A DNA stretch of 64,000 bases, taken from Parcubacteria group bacterium. Its GTDB lineage: Bacteria > Patescibacteriota > Minisyncoccia > Phycocordibacterales > Phycocordibacteraceae. The DNA lies in assembly GCA_028286615.1 (NCBI GenBank), contig JAQBRG010000004.1, positions 36,480-100,479 on the forward strand, given 5' to 3'. The stretch's first letter is position 1. The number at the start of each line of letters is the position of its first letter. A program made the translations under genes and the position numbers. A model generated the notes under the pieces. It saw only the letters and a program-made list of their open reading frames with translations. It made no database searches and was not told the origin of the DNA. Of the stretch, positions 43,924-53,166 are shown piece after piece.

Positions 43924-45285
43924 TTATACGAGAAGTGTTCGAATATCTGCCACCTCCTTAGCTAGTTCGGTATCGTCCACAATCTCTCTTTTAACCTTCT
44001 CGCACGAGTGAATAACGGTAGTGTGGTCGCGTCCTCCAAGCTTCGAACCAATGGTTGGATACGAAACACTGAAGTCTTCACGAAGGATGTACATAATCAC
44101 CTGACGAGGGCGTACAACCTCCCTTCTGCGTGTCTTTTCATACACGCTTTCTTCATCTATTCCGTAGTACTCAGCAACCTTAGACACCACATGCTTAACA
44201 GACACAGTCTTCTGAGGACGAGAGAAGGAACGAAGAGACTGACGGATCTCTGCTAGGTCTGGTGGCACACCTTTAACTTGGGTGTGACAAACAACTGAGT
44301 TAATAACCCCCTCAAGCTCTCGAATGCTTCCTGAAATAGAGGTGGCAATGTGCTCAACAACCTCGTCTGAAAGAATAACGCCATGAGAAGCTGCCTTCTT
44401 TCGTACGATTTCCATACGAGACTCAACATCTGGCTCGCTAATATCAACCGTCATGCCGCTCGCAAGACGTCCACGAAGACGATCTGCAATATCAGGGATA
44501 GAAACAGGTGCGCGGTCTGAAGAGAATACGATCTGCTTGTTGTTGTCGTACAACGAGTTGAACAAATGGAAGAGCTCTTCCTGGAATTTGTCCTTCTTAG
44601 AGAAGAACTGCACATCATCAATGATTAACAGGTCGAATTGGCGGTACTTCTCCTTGAAACGATTGGCAGTTCCTGCTTGAAGCGAGTCTGTGTACTCGTT
44701 TCCGAAGCGGTCTGAGGTTAAGTAGAAGACCTTTCTGTTTGGATACAGCTTCTTGTATTGGTTTCCCATGGCCTGGATGAGGTGGGTCTTCCCTCTTCCC
44801 GTGTCTCCATAGATAAAGAATGGGTTGTACGTTATTCCTGGACGCTTTATAGCTGCTTGAGCTGCCGTGTGTGCGAGTTCGTTGAAGGTACCAACAACAA
44901 ACGTGTCGAAGGTGTAGCGAGGATTGAGGTTGTCGCTCTTGTTGATGTAGAAGTCGTCCAAAGGAAGCTCAGCAACCTGCTGCATAACAGGACGGCGCAC
45001 TTCTTTTGGCTTCCTACGGTCATCTTTAACGATCTGGTACTCAATATTTCTGTACTCGTGCGAAATGCTACGGATAGATTTAAGAAGAAGCGTGTGGAAT
45101 TTCTTTATGTACCAGTCTCGGAAGAACTGGCTTGGTACGCCGATGTATACAATGCCGTCTTCGATCTTAACTATAGAGCTGTCACGGAACCAGGTGTTGA
45201 AGTTCGCAGGAGATATAGACAATTCGACTTGGGAAAGAACGTATTCCCACAACTCACGCACATCAAGTCGATTGATAGTGTTCAT
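43924..45285 (-). CDS. dnaA: chromosomal replication initiator DnaA
   Basis: GDTGRGKTHL Walker A ... LIIDDVQF ... C-terminal DNA-binding domain. Confidence 0.95.
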   Translation of the reverse strand: MNTINRLDVRELWEYVLSQVELSISPANFNTWFRDSSIVKIEDGIVYIGVPSQFFRDWYIKKFHTLLLKSIRSISHEYRNIEYQIVKDDRRKPKEVRRPVMQQVAELPLDDFYINKSDNLNPRYTFDTFVVGTFNELAHTAAQAAIKRPGITYNPFFIYGDTGRGKTHLIQAMGNQYKKLYPNRKVFYLTSDRFGNEYTDSLQAGTANRFKEKYRQFDLLIIDDVQFFSKKDKFQEELFHLFNSLYDNNKQIVFSSDRAPVSIPDIADRLRGRLASGMTVDISEPDVESRMEIVRKKAASHGVILSDEVVEHIATSISGSIRELEGVINSVVCHTQVKGVPPDLAEIRQSLRSFSRPQKTVSVKHVVSKVAEYYGIDEESVYEKTRRREVVRPRQVIMYILREDFSVSYPTIGSKLGGRDHTTVIHSCEKVKREIVDDTELAKEVADIRTLLV

Positions 45286-45377
45286 TTATCCACAAGTATA
45301 CCGGGGTTGGGGATAAAGTGCGAAAGCGAGGTATTTCTTGCTCCATTTGATGCAACCTGTTAATATCCTGTGTATAT

Positions 45378-45515
45378 ATGCCTAAGCGAACATACCAGCC
45401 CAAAAAGAAGAAGCGAGCCCGAACCCACGGATTCCGTGCCCGCCTAGCAACCGCTGCTGGCAGGAAGCTCCTACTTCGCCGTCGCCGTAAGGGACGTTCG
45501 AAGCTAACAGTCTAA
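45378..45515 (+). CDS. rpmH: 50S ribosomal protein L34 (not in the ORF track; 45 aa)
   Basis: [45 protein letters not shown]. Confidence 0.9.
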   Translation: MPKRTYQPKKKKRARTHGFRARLATAAGRKLLLRRRRKGRSKLTV

Positions 45516-45856
45516 TGATTCCCCGTCGATTGCGCCTTTCCCGGGCGCATTTTGCGTCCATTCCGGGAAAACCAGGAGAAAAACGAGCCGCTAGCCCGCA
45601 TTTCTCTGTATCGGTGTGTAAAAGCGAGGGAAATGGCGGTTCTGCTGCCGTTATCTCTAAAAAGGTTGAGAAGACCTCGGTTGGAAGACATCGCCTGAAA
45701 CGCCGTGTTTTGGCCGTTTTGGCTCCTTTGAGCTCTAAAAACCAGGCAGTTATTGTGTTTGCTCGAGCTGGAAGCCAGAAACTCCCCTACTCCCTACTAA
45801 AAGAGGAGCTTTTCGAGCTTCTAAGTCGCGTTATGGGCGGTTCGCGGTTAAACTAA
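45515..45856 (+). CDS. rnpA: RNase P protein component
   Basis: Basic 113-aa protein immediately after rpmH, with an RNR-like motif. Confidence 0.8.
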   Translation: MIPRRLRLSRAHFASIPGKPGEKRAASPHFSVSVCKSEGNGGSAAVISKKVEKTSVGRHRLKRRVLAVLAPLSSKNQAVIVFARAGSQKLPYSLLKEELFELLSRVMGGSRLN

Positions 45857-45863
45857 AGACCAC

Positions 45864-46595
45864 ATGATCTCTTTCTTCCATACCGTTCTTTACATACCTA
45901 TATATAACCTTCTCATCTTCCTTGTGGACGTTATCCCTGGAGGCGATATTGGCCTCGCTGTTATCGCAGCCACCATCATCGTAAAGGTTGTAATCATGCC
46001 GCTCTCCTTCGCTGCTCTACGCACCTCCCGCGCGGTTAAGGCTATAGAGCCAGAACTCAAGACACTCAAGGAAGAGTACAAGGACGACAAGGAGGGGCTC
46101 GCAAGAGAAACCTTCGCTATCTATAAAAAGTACGGCATCAATCCGTTTGCTGGCATCCTCACTCTTTTCATTCAGTTCCCTATTGTCATCACGCTCTACT
46201 GGGTATTCCGCACCGAATCTCTTCCAGGTGTTGATGCGTCACTTCTCTATTCATTCATTCACGCACCGGACACCGCCTCCCCTCTTTTCCTTGGTCTCAT
46301 TCTTATAACAAGTTCGAGTCTTATTCTTGCAGTACTGGTTGGCATAACTTCATACATTCAAGCAGTGTACGCACTTCCCCTTCCAGCAAAGCCGGAGCCA
46401 GGAGCAAAGCCAAACATGCAGGCAGACATAGGGCGCGCCATGGCACTCCAGATGCGCTACATACTTCCTATTCTCACTGCAGTTATTGCATACGCATCAG
46501 CTGCGCTCGCTCTCTATTTCATAACAAGCAATCTTCTTAGTATCTTCCAGGAATATATTGTTCGTTTGAAGAAACTTCCTACGCCTTCAGTCTAA
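45864..46595 (+). CDS. yidC: YidC/Oxa1-family membrane protein insertase (short form)
   Basis: Five TM segments with a conserved loop; follows rnpA. Confidence 0.8.
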   Translation: MISFFHTVLYIPIYNLLIFLVDVIPGGDIGLAVIAATIIVKVVIMPLSFAALRTSRAVKAIEPELKTLKEEYKDDKEGLARETFAIYKKYGINPFAGILTLFIQFPIVITLYWVFRTESLPGVDASLLYSFIHAPDTASPLFLGLILITSSSLILAVLVGITSYIQAVYALPLPAKPEPGAKPNMQADIGRAMALQMRYILPILTAVIAYASAALALYFITSNLLSIFQEYIVRLKKLPTPSV

Positions 46596-47809
46596 AGGTC
46601 GTACATCCAAAGCGAAGAGTCTGCTTTGTTGGTGAATATAAGCACATCGGACTGCGAGTCGATTGTTAGAGCAACGGCATCAATAGATTCTTTGGCGAGC
46701 TCTGAAGGATCAACAATAAGCGTTGCTACACGAGTATCAAGATCAATACTCCATATTCTGTCGTTAAAGGTACGCGCGCCTTGGTACCACTCGTCTGGAA
46801 GCTTTCCTGTAAGCGCTGTTGGTACACCGCAGTAGATTGCACGGCTGTCGCGACGCCAGACACACTTATCTGCAAGTGTTGAAAGAGGAATTGGTGTAGC
46901 GGTGTGATTCAGAACATCAAGTACTTGCGTGTAGAGTTTGCCGCGATCGGTATAGCTATAAAGTACGTACGCTCCTGAAGGACTTGGCAGTGTCGAGAGT
47001 CCGTTTAGAGGACCAAGTACGCGCGTAAAGGAGCCTGCAGCGTCAACACTGAAGCTGTAGCCTGCCATGTCGCTTGAAGCTTTCGTTGTTGCTAGATAGC
47101 TCGTACCCAAGAAGCCAAGACGAAGTGCTGAAAGCGCAGAAGAGAAAAGAGTGCGTGTGTTGGTGCCATCAAGATTGGAAAGACTTGCAAGAGAGCCAGC
47201 ACTACTTGGAAGAAGTGTAAGAACTGTAGAGGTGCCGCGTACAGATGCTTGAGCAAGGTTCTGTTCTAGGAAGAACCCCCCTTCCCCGTTTGATTGCAGT
47301 GCGTAGGTATCAGTTCGCTCAGAACCGTCAGTTGTACGCTCAAGGAAACGTGCAAAGACACGAGATCCATCGCTTGCCCAAGAAGCTTCTTGAATACCCG
47401 GAAGCGTTTTGTTTGAAAGCCTGGTCTGCACACGCTCATGTGCACGATACGCATATATGTTTCCGCTAGCTCGGTCTATGTAACGCACCTCTACATCTGC
47501 AGGCTTGCTTGGAACAGTGCTGCTGGCTGTCGTGCTGCCAACAACCTCGGGAATATAAATCGCAACCGAACCTTCCGCTACCGGCTTATCCGTTATCTTA
47601 ATAAGATGCGGGGCAACAACCTCCCCTGCTCCATTAATAGCGGTCCCTGAATCTGGTGTTGTAACCGTGGCGTCCCCGCTTGTTCCGAAAGGATTAGCAA
47701 TACTCGGCTCTAGTGTTGCTGCACCATTGGCAAAGAAGAAGAACCAAATACCCACACCGATGCCGATGAGGACGATGATGCTGGCGACGATAATCAGGAT
47801 CCGCTTCAT
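46592..47809 (-). CDS. hypothetical membrane-anchored protein
   Basis: N-terminal TM segment; 405 aa. Confidence 0.45.
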   Translation of the reverse strand: MKRILIIVASIIVLIGIGVGIWFFFFANGAATLEPSIANPFGTSGDATVTTPDSGTAINGAGEVVAPHLIKITDKPVAEGSVAIYIPEVVGSTTASSTVPSKPADVEVRYIDRASGNIYAYRAHERVQTRLSNKTLPGIQEASWASDGSRVFARFLERTTDGSERTDTYALQSNGEGGFFLEQNLAQASVRGTSTVLTLLPSSAGSLASLSNLDGTNTRTLFSSALSALRLGFLGTSYLATTKASSDMAGYSFSVDAAGSFTRVLGPLNGLSTLPSPSGAYVLYSYTDRGKLYTQVLDVLNHTATPIPLSTLADKCVWRRDSRAIYCGVPTALTGKLPDEWYQGARTFNDRIWSIDLDTRVATLIVDPSELAKESIDAVALTIDSQSDVLIFTNKADSSLWMYDL

Positions 47810-47812
47810 AGT

Positions 47813-48724
47813 TTATATTTTGAGAGCTGGGTTGGCGCACACAGGCAGCTTCGAAAGAGTTGCGTAGCTGTCCGCCGGAGTATTTGCCGCGGGACTTCCT
47901 ACAGGAGAACAGGCGCGAGACGAATACTGGATATTGGAAACCTTGGCTTTCTTGCCGTTGTATTCAGAATCGCAGGCCGCTTGAGTTGGAAGTGTGCCTG
48001 TTGAAATCATTACACATGCTTCCTGGCTACGATCTCCTACCTCATAACTCTTGTACATGATGCCGTAGTTGTAAGAGGTCGCCGTCGCTGCCGGAGCAGC
48101 AGGCGTATCTTGTTTGACAGTCGCAGGTGTTGTTTTGTTAACGCCGCAGCAAATCCAACCCGACTGTCCTTTAGGTGCCGGTGCGCAGCAAGAATCAGAA
48201 ACCTTACCCCACCCTTCTCCAGGCAAAGAGCTGCAAGTATTATTTTTTAACTGAGCAACCTTTGCATAATCTACGCACGCGGTTGCGGCGCTTGCTCCAG
48301 CGGGCGAGGTCGTTGTATCAGTAGGAGTATTTTGTGGAAGCTGAAGCTGGTCAATTCCTCCAATCTTAAGCTTCAAGATATCAGGGTTAATTATCGAGAA
48401 AACAATAACCGGAGAAAGGATAAGAAGAAGTCCTATGAGAGAGTCACGAATAAGACCTCGAGCCTGGGTTATTTTCTCTGAATTATCTCCTGCAGTCATC
48501 CACGTAACACCTGCTCGCATAATCTGGAGAACAGCGAGTGTTGCTGCAATTCCAATCAATACCTTATAGAGGTTGTTGAGAAATGCCGGCATCGTATCTA
48601 CATTCCCCGCTCCCTGAAGGAAGGGTGCGTTTGTCAGAGACTTAAAGCCATTCTCTTGTGCAAACGCCACCGCCGGAAGCGCGAAGGCACTTAGTATCAG
48701 GAATGCGTAGAGATGTGATTTCAT
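47813..48724 (-). CDS. TrbC/VirB2-like pilin domain protein with Cys-rich C-terminal extension
   Basis: Signal peptide, then two hydrophobic helices (YKVLIGIAATLAVLQIMRAG ... LIGLLLILSPVIVFSII) as in VirB2/TrbC pilins. An unusual Cys-rich tail of about 190 aa follows. Confidence 0.4.
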   Translation of the reverse strand: MKSHLYAFLILSAFALPAVAFAQENGFKSLTNAPFLQGAGNVDTMPAFLNNLYKVLIGIAATLAVLQIMRAGVTWMTAGDNSEKITQARGLIRDSLIGLLLILSPVIVFSIINPDILKLKIGGIDQLQLPQNTPTDTTTSPAGASAATACVDYAKVAQLKNNTCSSLPGEGWGKVSDSCCAPAPKGQSGWICCGVNKTTPATVKQDTPAAPAATATSYNYGIMYKSYEVGDRSQEACVMISTGTLPTQAACDSEYNGKKAKVSNIQYSSRACSPVGSPAANTPADSYATLSKLPVCANPALKI

Positions 48725-48726
48725 AG

Positions 48727-49707
48727 TTATAGACCAAATATGCCAAGGCCCTTAGACGCACCAAACTTAACAGAGAATCCACCCTGTGCCGTTTGATGGA
48801 AGTCCGGATGCTTTGCCGAGACAGAAACCGCAGAAGTGCCCGCTCCATTTCCGGTTGCACGTACGGTTAGATCTTTGTCTTCTCCGCTCATGCTCCCCCC
48901 AACCGTCCAAGCAATATTTGGAGGAGCTCCGAAGAAGTACGGAACAGCGCGGAAAGTTGTTTCTGTGTCAGCCATAGAATAGGTACCTGAAAGCGCCGCT
49001 CCAAACAAAGGACCCAAGAGAGGATCGTTCCTATATATACGTACGACAGGGTCTGCGGGAGCCACTACAACAGACTGCTCAGCCACAATACTGCTGTCTA
49101 CAGTGCTTACCGTTACCGTAACAACCGTATCTCTGTATCGGACGGGAGCCGTCGCACTTAGAACAGACTTCCCGATGCCGGAAGAAGACTGGAGGATTTG
49201 GTCTCCTAGTCTCCACATGTAGACGAGGCTGCTAGGAGAAAGACGCACGTTTGCATCGTTACGGATATCTGGAATCGCAACTATACGTACTCGTCCTTCG
49301 GAGGCAACCAAACTCGCTCCTTTATAAAACGGGGGGACTGTTGAGGAAGGCTCAAGTATAAGAGATACGTCAGCAGGACGGATAGTTACTTGCTTGGCAT
49401 GACTCTGTCCGTCAGGAGTAATAACCGTAACTAGAATCGTCGTGCGTGTACCTGCGGCCCCAACGCGCACTGCTGCTGCTTGGGTGCCGCTCCCCTTCTG
49501 CACAACAGATCCATTAGCCGATATCGTTACGCTGCTTGAAGGCAGGTCTAGAAGTGTGCTGCCGGGGGTAACGGTGATGGTATCGAAAGGTTTTGGATAC
49601 TGCGGACTAATGCTGACGGTGAGCGGGTCTGCTCCAATTTCCTGTGCATGAATAGGGAGTGCGCCAAAGATAAGTAGTGCGAGAACGAGGAGCGAGAGGC
49701 GCTGCAT
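48727..49707 (-). CDS. secreted hypothetical protein
   Basis: Signal peptide; 326 aa. Confidence 0.45.
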   Translation of the reverse strand: MQRLSLLVLALLIFGALPIHAQEIGADPLTVSISPQYPKPFDTITVTPGSTLLDLPSSSVTISANGSVVQKGSGTQAAAVRVGAAGTRTTILVTVITPDGQSHAKQVTIRPADVSLILEPSSTVPPFYKGASLVASEGRVRIVAIPDIRNDANVRLSPSSLVYMWRLGDQILQSSSGIGKSVLSATAPVRYRDTVVTVTVSTVDSSIVAEQSVVVAPADPVVRIYRNDPLLGPLFGAALSGTYSMADTETTFRAVPYFFGAPPNIAWTVGGSMSGEDKDLTVRATGNGAGTSAVSVSAKHPDFHQTAQGGFSVKFGASKGLGIFGL

Positions 49708-49760
49708 ATAAAGGTAGTATACCGTCTTCTCTTACGTGTTTGTGGTAGAGGCGTGGGTAT

Positions 49761-50240
49761 CTAAGATTCTTCCTCAGAAGTTTCCGAAGGCCTTCTCATC
49801 TGCTGTGCTTGGCGAGCAATCCTACCCGCCTCCATCGCATTGCTTTTTGCTAAGAGTCTTTGTGCCATTCGGGCTGCAGCTCGCGCTTTTATGGGATCCA
49901 TCTCTGCCCCCTTACCCTTTCTATCCTCGCTCCTGCTTTGGGCTATGAGCGCGACGACACCGAGAGTTATCGCAGGAAGCGCATCAATAACAGGAACCAG
50001 TTCGGTTATAACTGACGCCATGCTTATAAGTGCTTTTTTAGCCGCGTTCTGTTTGAAAATGCTCTCACCCAAAAGAGCGAACCAAAGTGCAAATACGATA
50101 GTTGCCAATATAGTAACCAGAAACGTTACTAAAGAACCAATAACGGTAAGAGTAAGTAAAAACTGGATAGCGTCAAAAAGAATCGCGGTACCGATCATGA
50201 ACCCTGCAGCAGTTCCTCCAATTCGGTATTTCTTTTTCAT
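49761..50240 (-). CDS. membrane protein with charged C-terminal tail
   Basis: Three TM segments. Confidence 0.4.
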   Translation of the reverse strand: MKKKYRIGGTAAGFMIGTAILFDAIQFLLTLTVIGSLVTFLVTILATIVFALWFALLGESIFKQNAAKKALISMASVITELVPVIDALPAITLGVVALIAQSRSEDRKGKGAEMDPIKARAAARMAQRLLAKSNAMEAGRIARQAQQMRRPSETSEEES

Positions 50241-50246
50241 GCCAAG

Positions 50247-52067
50247 CTATACGCCCGCAGACTCCTGTCGTTGTTTTTCTTGTTTAATGGCGAGTAGCTG
50301 CGAAGGGTCTGAGGTTATGATCTGATCCTCGGTGTATGACGCAACGATCTTGATAGCCACATGCTTAAGACCCGCAAAGAAAAGTCCCTCCCCCACTCCA
50401 GACTCAAGGAGCAAGAACTTCTCCTCGTCGGTTAGGTTGAATGTTTCCTGCAGAACATTAATAGTTGTCGGAGATTGCTTAAGAAGAAGCTGCATCGAAG
50501 AGTTTGTAAGAATCGGTTTGCCGTATGGACTACGCAAGAAGTCCTCAACGTCCTGAGTTATGGTTGCGAGTCCGAGGTAGTACTTACGTCCGCGCTTAGC
50601 AAGACTGTAGAGGAATGACGCAGTGTCTTCTGCTTTCATCATCCACCACGCCTCGTCAATGATCATAAGGCGCTTCTTGAGTTCGTGACGGACTTCGTTC
50701 CAGATGAAGTGCATGATGATATACATCGCTACAGGCTTGAGCTCGTCTTCCATGTCGCGCACTGAGAACACAACAAACTGTTTCTTAATATCAACGTTTG
50801 TTGGCTGGTTAAGGAACCCAGACCAAGTACCGTGCGTGTATTTTGAGAGCCTAGTTACTAGGGATTCTGAGCCCTCCATACCTGAAAGGACATTCTCAAA
50901 GTCTGAAAGAAGAGGAGGCTCTACACCTGTGAAGTCGTTGTCGCCGGTTATGTCTTTAAGTGCGTACGTCTCTGTTACTGCGCGATCTACAATGGCGTCC
51001 TCCTCTGGAGAAAGACCCCCAAGCATGATGCGGAAGAGTCCCACGAGGTTAATGATGTTTGAACGGAGAATGTCAGCCGGCTCCTCGTCTTCTTTAACAG
51101 GAGGCAGGTCAAACGGATTGATATGGTGTTCGCTTGAAAGAGAAATGTTGAAGGTACGTCCGCCTGCTGCTTCAGCGAGTTGGGTGTATTCGTCTTCAGG
51201 GTCTATAACAATAACGTCGGTATCGAACATGAGGGAGCGAAGAATCTCGAGCTTAACAGCATAAGACTTTCCCGAACCAGATTTAGCAAACACAACGGAG
51301 TTGTAGTTCTCAAGCGAGAAGCGATCGAAGAGAATGAGTGAAGAGTTGTGGCGGTTAATGCCGTAGAGAATGCCATGGTCGCTCGTGAGGTCGAAAGATA
51401 CGAATGGGAAGATAGATGAAAGCGGAGACGAGTTCATTTTGCTGTTAACAGCAAGTTCGTCGAGCGCAAGAGGAAGTGTTGAACGGAATCCTTGTTCTTG
51501 CTGGAAGAGTGCGGGCTTGGTGTATACAAGCTTCGCGTCGAGAATACCTCGTATCTCCCCTTCCACCTTGTCGAGTATCTCCTTAGAGTCTCCGTATATG
51601 GTTATGTACAGACCAACTTCGAAGAGTCTTTCCTGTGCTTGCTGGAGCTGGTCACGAAGGTTCTCAAGATCTTGGTATGCAGTATCAAGCATCGGGTCAC
51701 GCACAAGCCCCTTCTCTTCTCGTGTTTGTATCTGGCTTTGAATTTCGGCAACTTTCTTCTGGAAGCCACGAAGTGCGGGGCCTGTTTCAAGCGGATGAAT
51801 GAAGATGGCAACATCGAATACCTTGTCGAGGTTAATTATTGGCGTAAACCAACCATCAGCAAGGAAGCGCGGGTATGAAATGGTGTAGAAAGTACGGGAA
51901 AACTTCTCCCCGAGCTCTATCTCTTTAGATCCAATCTTAAGAGCCGCAGGAGCTATGGCGTCAGCAAGCTGAAGCTCCCCTTCCGCGTATATATCTCGAG
52001 GAAGTACAGCAGCCACTCTTGGCTCTGCTTCATCTTTTTTCTTACCGAGGAAATCAAGGAGTGCCAT
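50247..52067 (-). CDS. VirB4/TrbE-like T4SS ATPase, C-terminal ATPase portion
   Basis: Walker A VFAKSGSGKSY, Walker B MIIDEAWWMM, GRKYYLGLATITQD motif C. Starts 1 codon after an in-frame TAA that ends the upstream fragment. Confidence 0.65.
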   Translation of the reverse strand: MALLDFLGKKKDEAEPRVAAVLPRDIYAEGELQLADAIAPAALKIGSKEIELGEKFSRTFYTISYPRFLADGWFTPIINLDKVFDVAIFIHPLETGPALRGFQKKVAEIQSQIQTREEKGLVRDPMLDTAYQDLENLRDQLQQAQERLFEVGLYITIYGDSKEILDKVEGEIRGILDAKLVYTKPALFQQEQGFRSTLPLALDELAVNSKMNSSPLSSIFPFVSFDLTSDHGILYGINRHNSSLILFDRFSLENYNSVVFAKSGSGKSYAVKLEILRSLMFDTDVIVIDPEDEYTQLAEAAGGRTFNISLSSEHHINPFDLPPVKEDEEPADILRSNIINLVGLFRIMLGGLSPEEDAIVDRAVTETYALKDITGDNDFTGVEPPLLSDFENVLSGMEGSESLVTRLSKYTHGTWSGFLNQPTNVDIKKQFVVFSVRDMEDELKPVAMYIIMHFIWNEVRHELKKRLMIIDEAWWMMKAEDTASFLYSLAKRGRKYYLGLATITQDVEDFLRSPYGKPILTNSSMQLLLKQSPTTINVLQETFNLTDEEKFLLLESGVGEGLFFAGLKHVAIKIVASYTEDQIITSDPSQLLAIKQEKQRQESAGV

Positions 52068-52070
52068 ATC

Positions 52071-52703
52071 TTAGGAATTTGTTAAAGGAATAGGAGTTTC
52101 TACATCTCCCAGATTGAACGAATGGTACAAAAGTTCGATTATCTCTTCAGTACCAAGCGGAACTGCACGTACTCCTGCCGAAGCGAGACCTCCAGCGGCT
52201 AGTGCCATACGTTGCTCGAGCTGCACGCGGTGTTCGTTAAATGAGTCCTCCCCAGGTGTTTCTGAAGTGCTCTTCCTTCCAATGAAAGGAATATTACCCG
52301 CAACTTCGTTCGCTATTGCGGGAGCGTATGGGATAACGAGATAGAAAATCTTCGTCATGATGTCAGTAGTTTCAAGAAAGCTCTTGATGAACTGCATGTA
52401 TTCGCGAAGCTGTAGACGCATAAGATCAGAGGTCTGAAACGCCATGCGCTCCTGCAAGAGTGCAAGATACGGACGAATATCCATGCGACGTGAATGGGCA
52501 ACGATTTCAACAGAGAAATCGAGCGTGTTAAGGAAGTTCTGGAACCCGCCAACAATGGCTCGCTGCTCGTCTTCAGACTTAAGCGCGAAGTTAACGGAAG
52601 AACACATAAGAATGCCTCTATACCCGTCGTCTTTAAGAATAACTACGCCATTGCGTACTTCTTTAACCGGCACGAATGCTTGTGTTGCTTTAGGTGCAGC
52701 CAT
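52071..52703 (-). CDS. VirB4-like N-terminal domain fragment
   Basis: VPVKEVRNGVVILKDDGYRGILMCSSVNFALKSEDEQRAIVGGFQNFLNTL matches the conserved N-terminal block of VirB4/TrbE. Same reading frame as 50247..52067. Confidence 0.5.
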   Translation of the reverse strand: MAAPKATQAFVPVKEVRNGVVILKDDGYRGILMCSSVNFALKSEDEQRAIVGGFQNFLNTLDFSVEIVAHSRRMDIRPYLALLQERMAFQTSDLMRLQLREYMQFIKSFLETTDIMTKIFYLVIPYAPAIANEVAGNIPFIGRKSTSETPGEDSFNEHRVQLEQRMALAAGGLASAGVRAVPLGTEEIIELLYHSFNLGDVETPIPLTNS

Positions 52704-52704
52704 A

Positions 52705-53121
52705 TTACTCAGTTGGGGTTTGTTGATCCTTAATGTCTAGAGACCAAGCTAATTCCTCAAGCTTCCCGCGGGTTAGGCCAAGCTTTTGGCGAACCGGTTC
52801 AGCAGCAGGAGTTGCTACAGGCATTGAAGATTTGTTTGATTGCATTTCTTTTTTCCAAAGGTAGAGGCGACCTCCTATGTAGTATTTAAAGCCTGCCTCA
52901 AGAATGTCCGCAAAGGTCTTGTTGTTAATCTTGTAGAACGCGAGAGCACCAGCAAGAGCTGCTACGGGAATTGCGAGAATAATACCAAGAAGACGTGGAA
53001 GATAGAGGACAAGAACGGCACAAAGCCCTGCTCCGCCAGCTATGTAAATGAATTGCTTCAACGTAAACGGGCCGAATATTTTGTCTTCAACCTCGATAAA
53101 TTGAGGAACTTGGTACTCCAT
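52705..53121 (-). CDS. PrgI/VirB3-like small membrane protein
   Basis: PQFIEVEDKIFGPFTLKQFIYIAG followed by TM helices, immediately upstream of the VirB4-like gene. Confidence 0.45.
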   Translation of the reverse strand: MEYQVPQFIEVEDKIFGPFTLKQFIYIAGGAGLCAVLVLYLPRLLGIILAIPVAALAGALAFYKINNKTFADILEAGFKYYIGGRLYLWKKEMQSNKSSMPVATPAAEPVRQKLGLTRGKLEELAWSLDIKDQQTPTE

Positions 53122-53166
53122 TGCTGATAAGTATACCAGCTACTTATTACTTCTATTATGAATTCC

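Noticed and set aside
50247-52703. Genome-wide stop-codon reassignment explaining the in-frame TAA in the VirB4-like gene
   Set aside because: All other long genes terminate normally and contain no internal TAA. CPR recoding events described so far involve UGA, not UAA.
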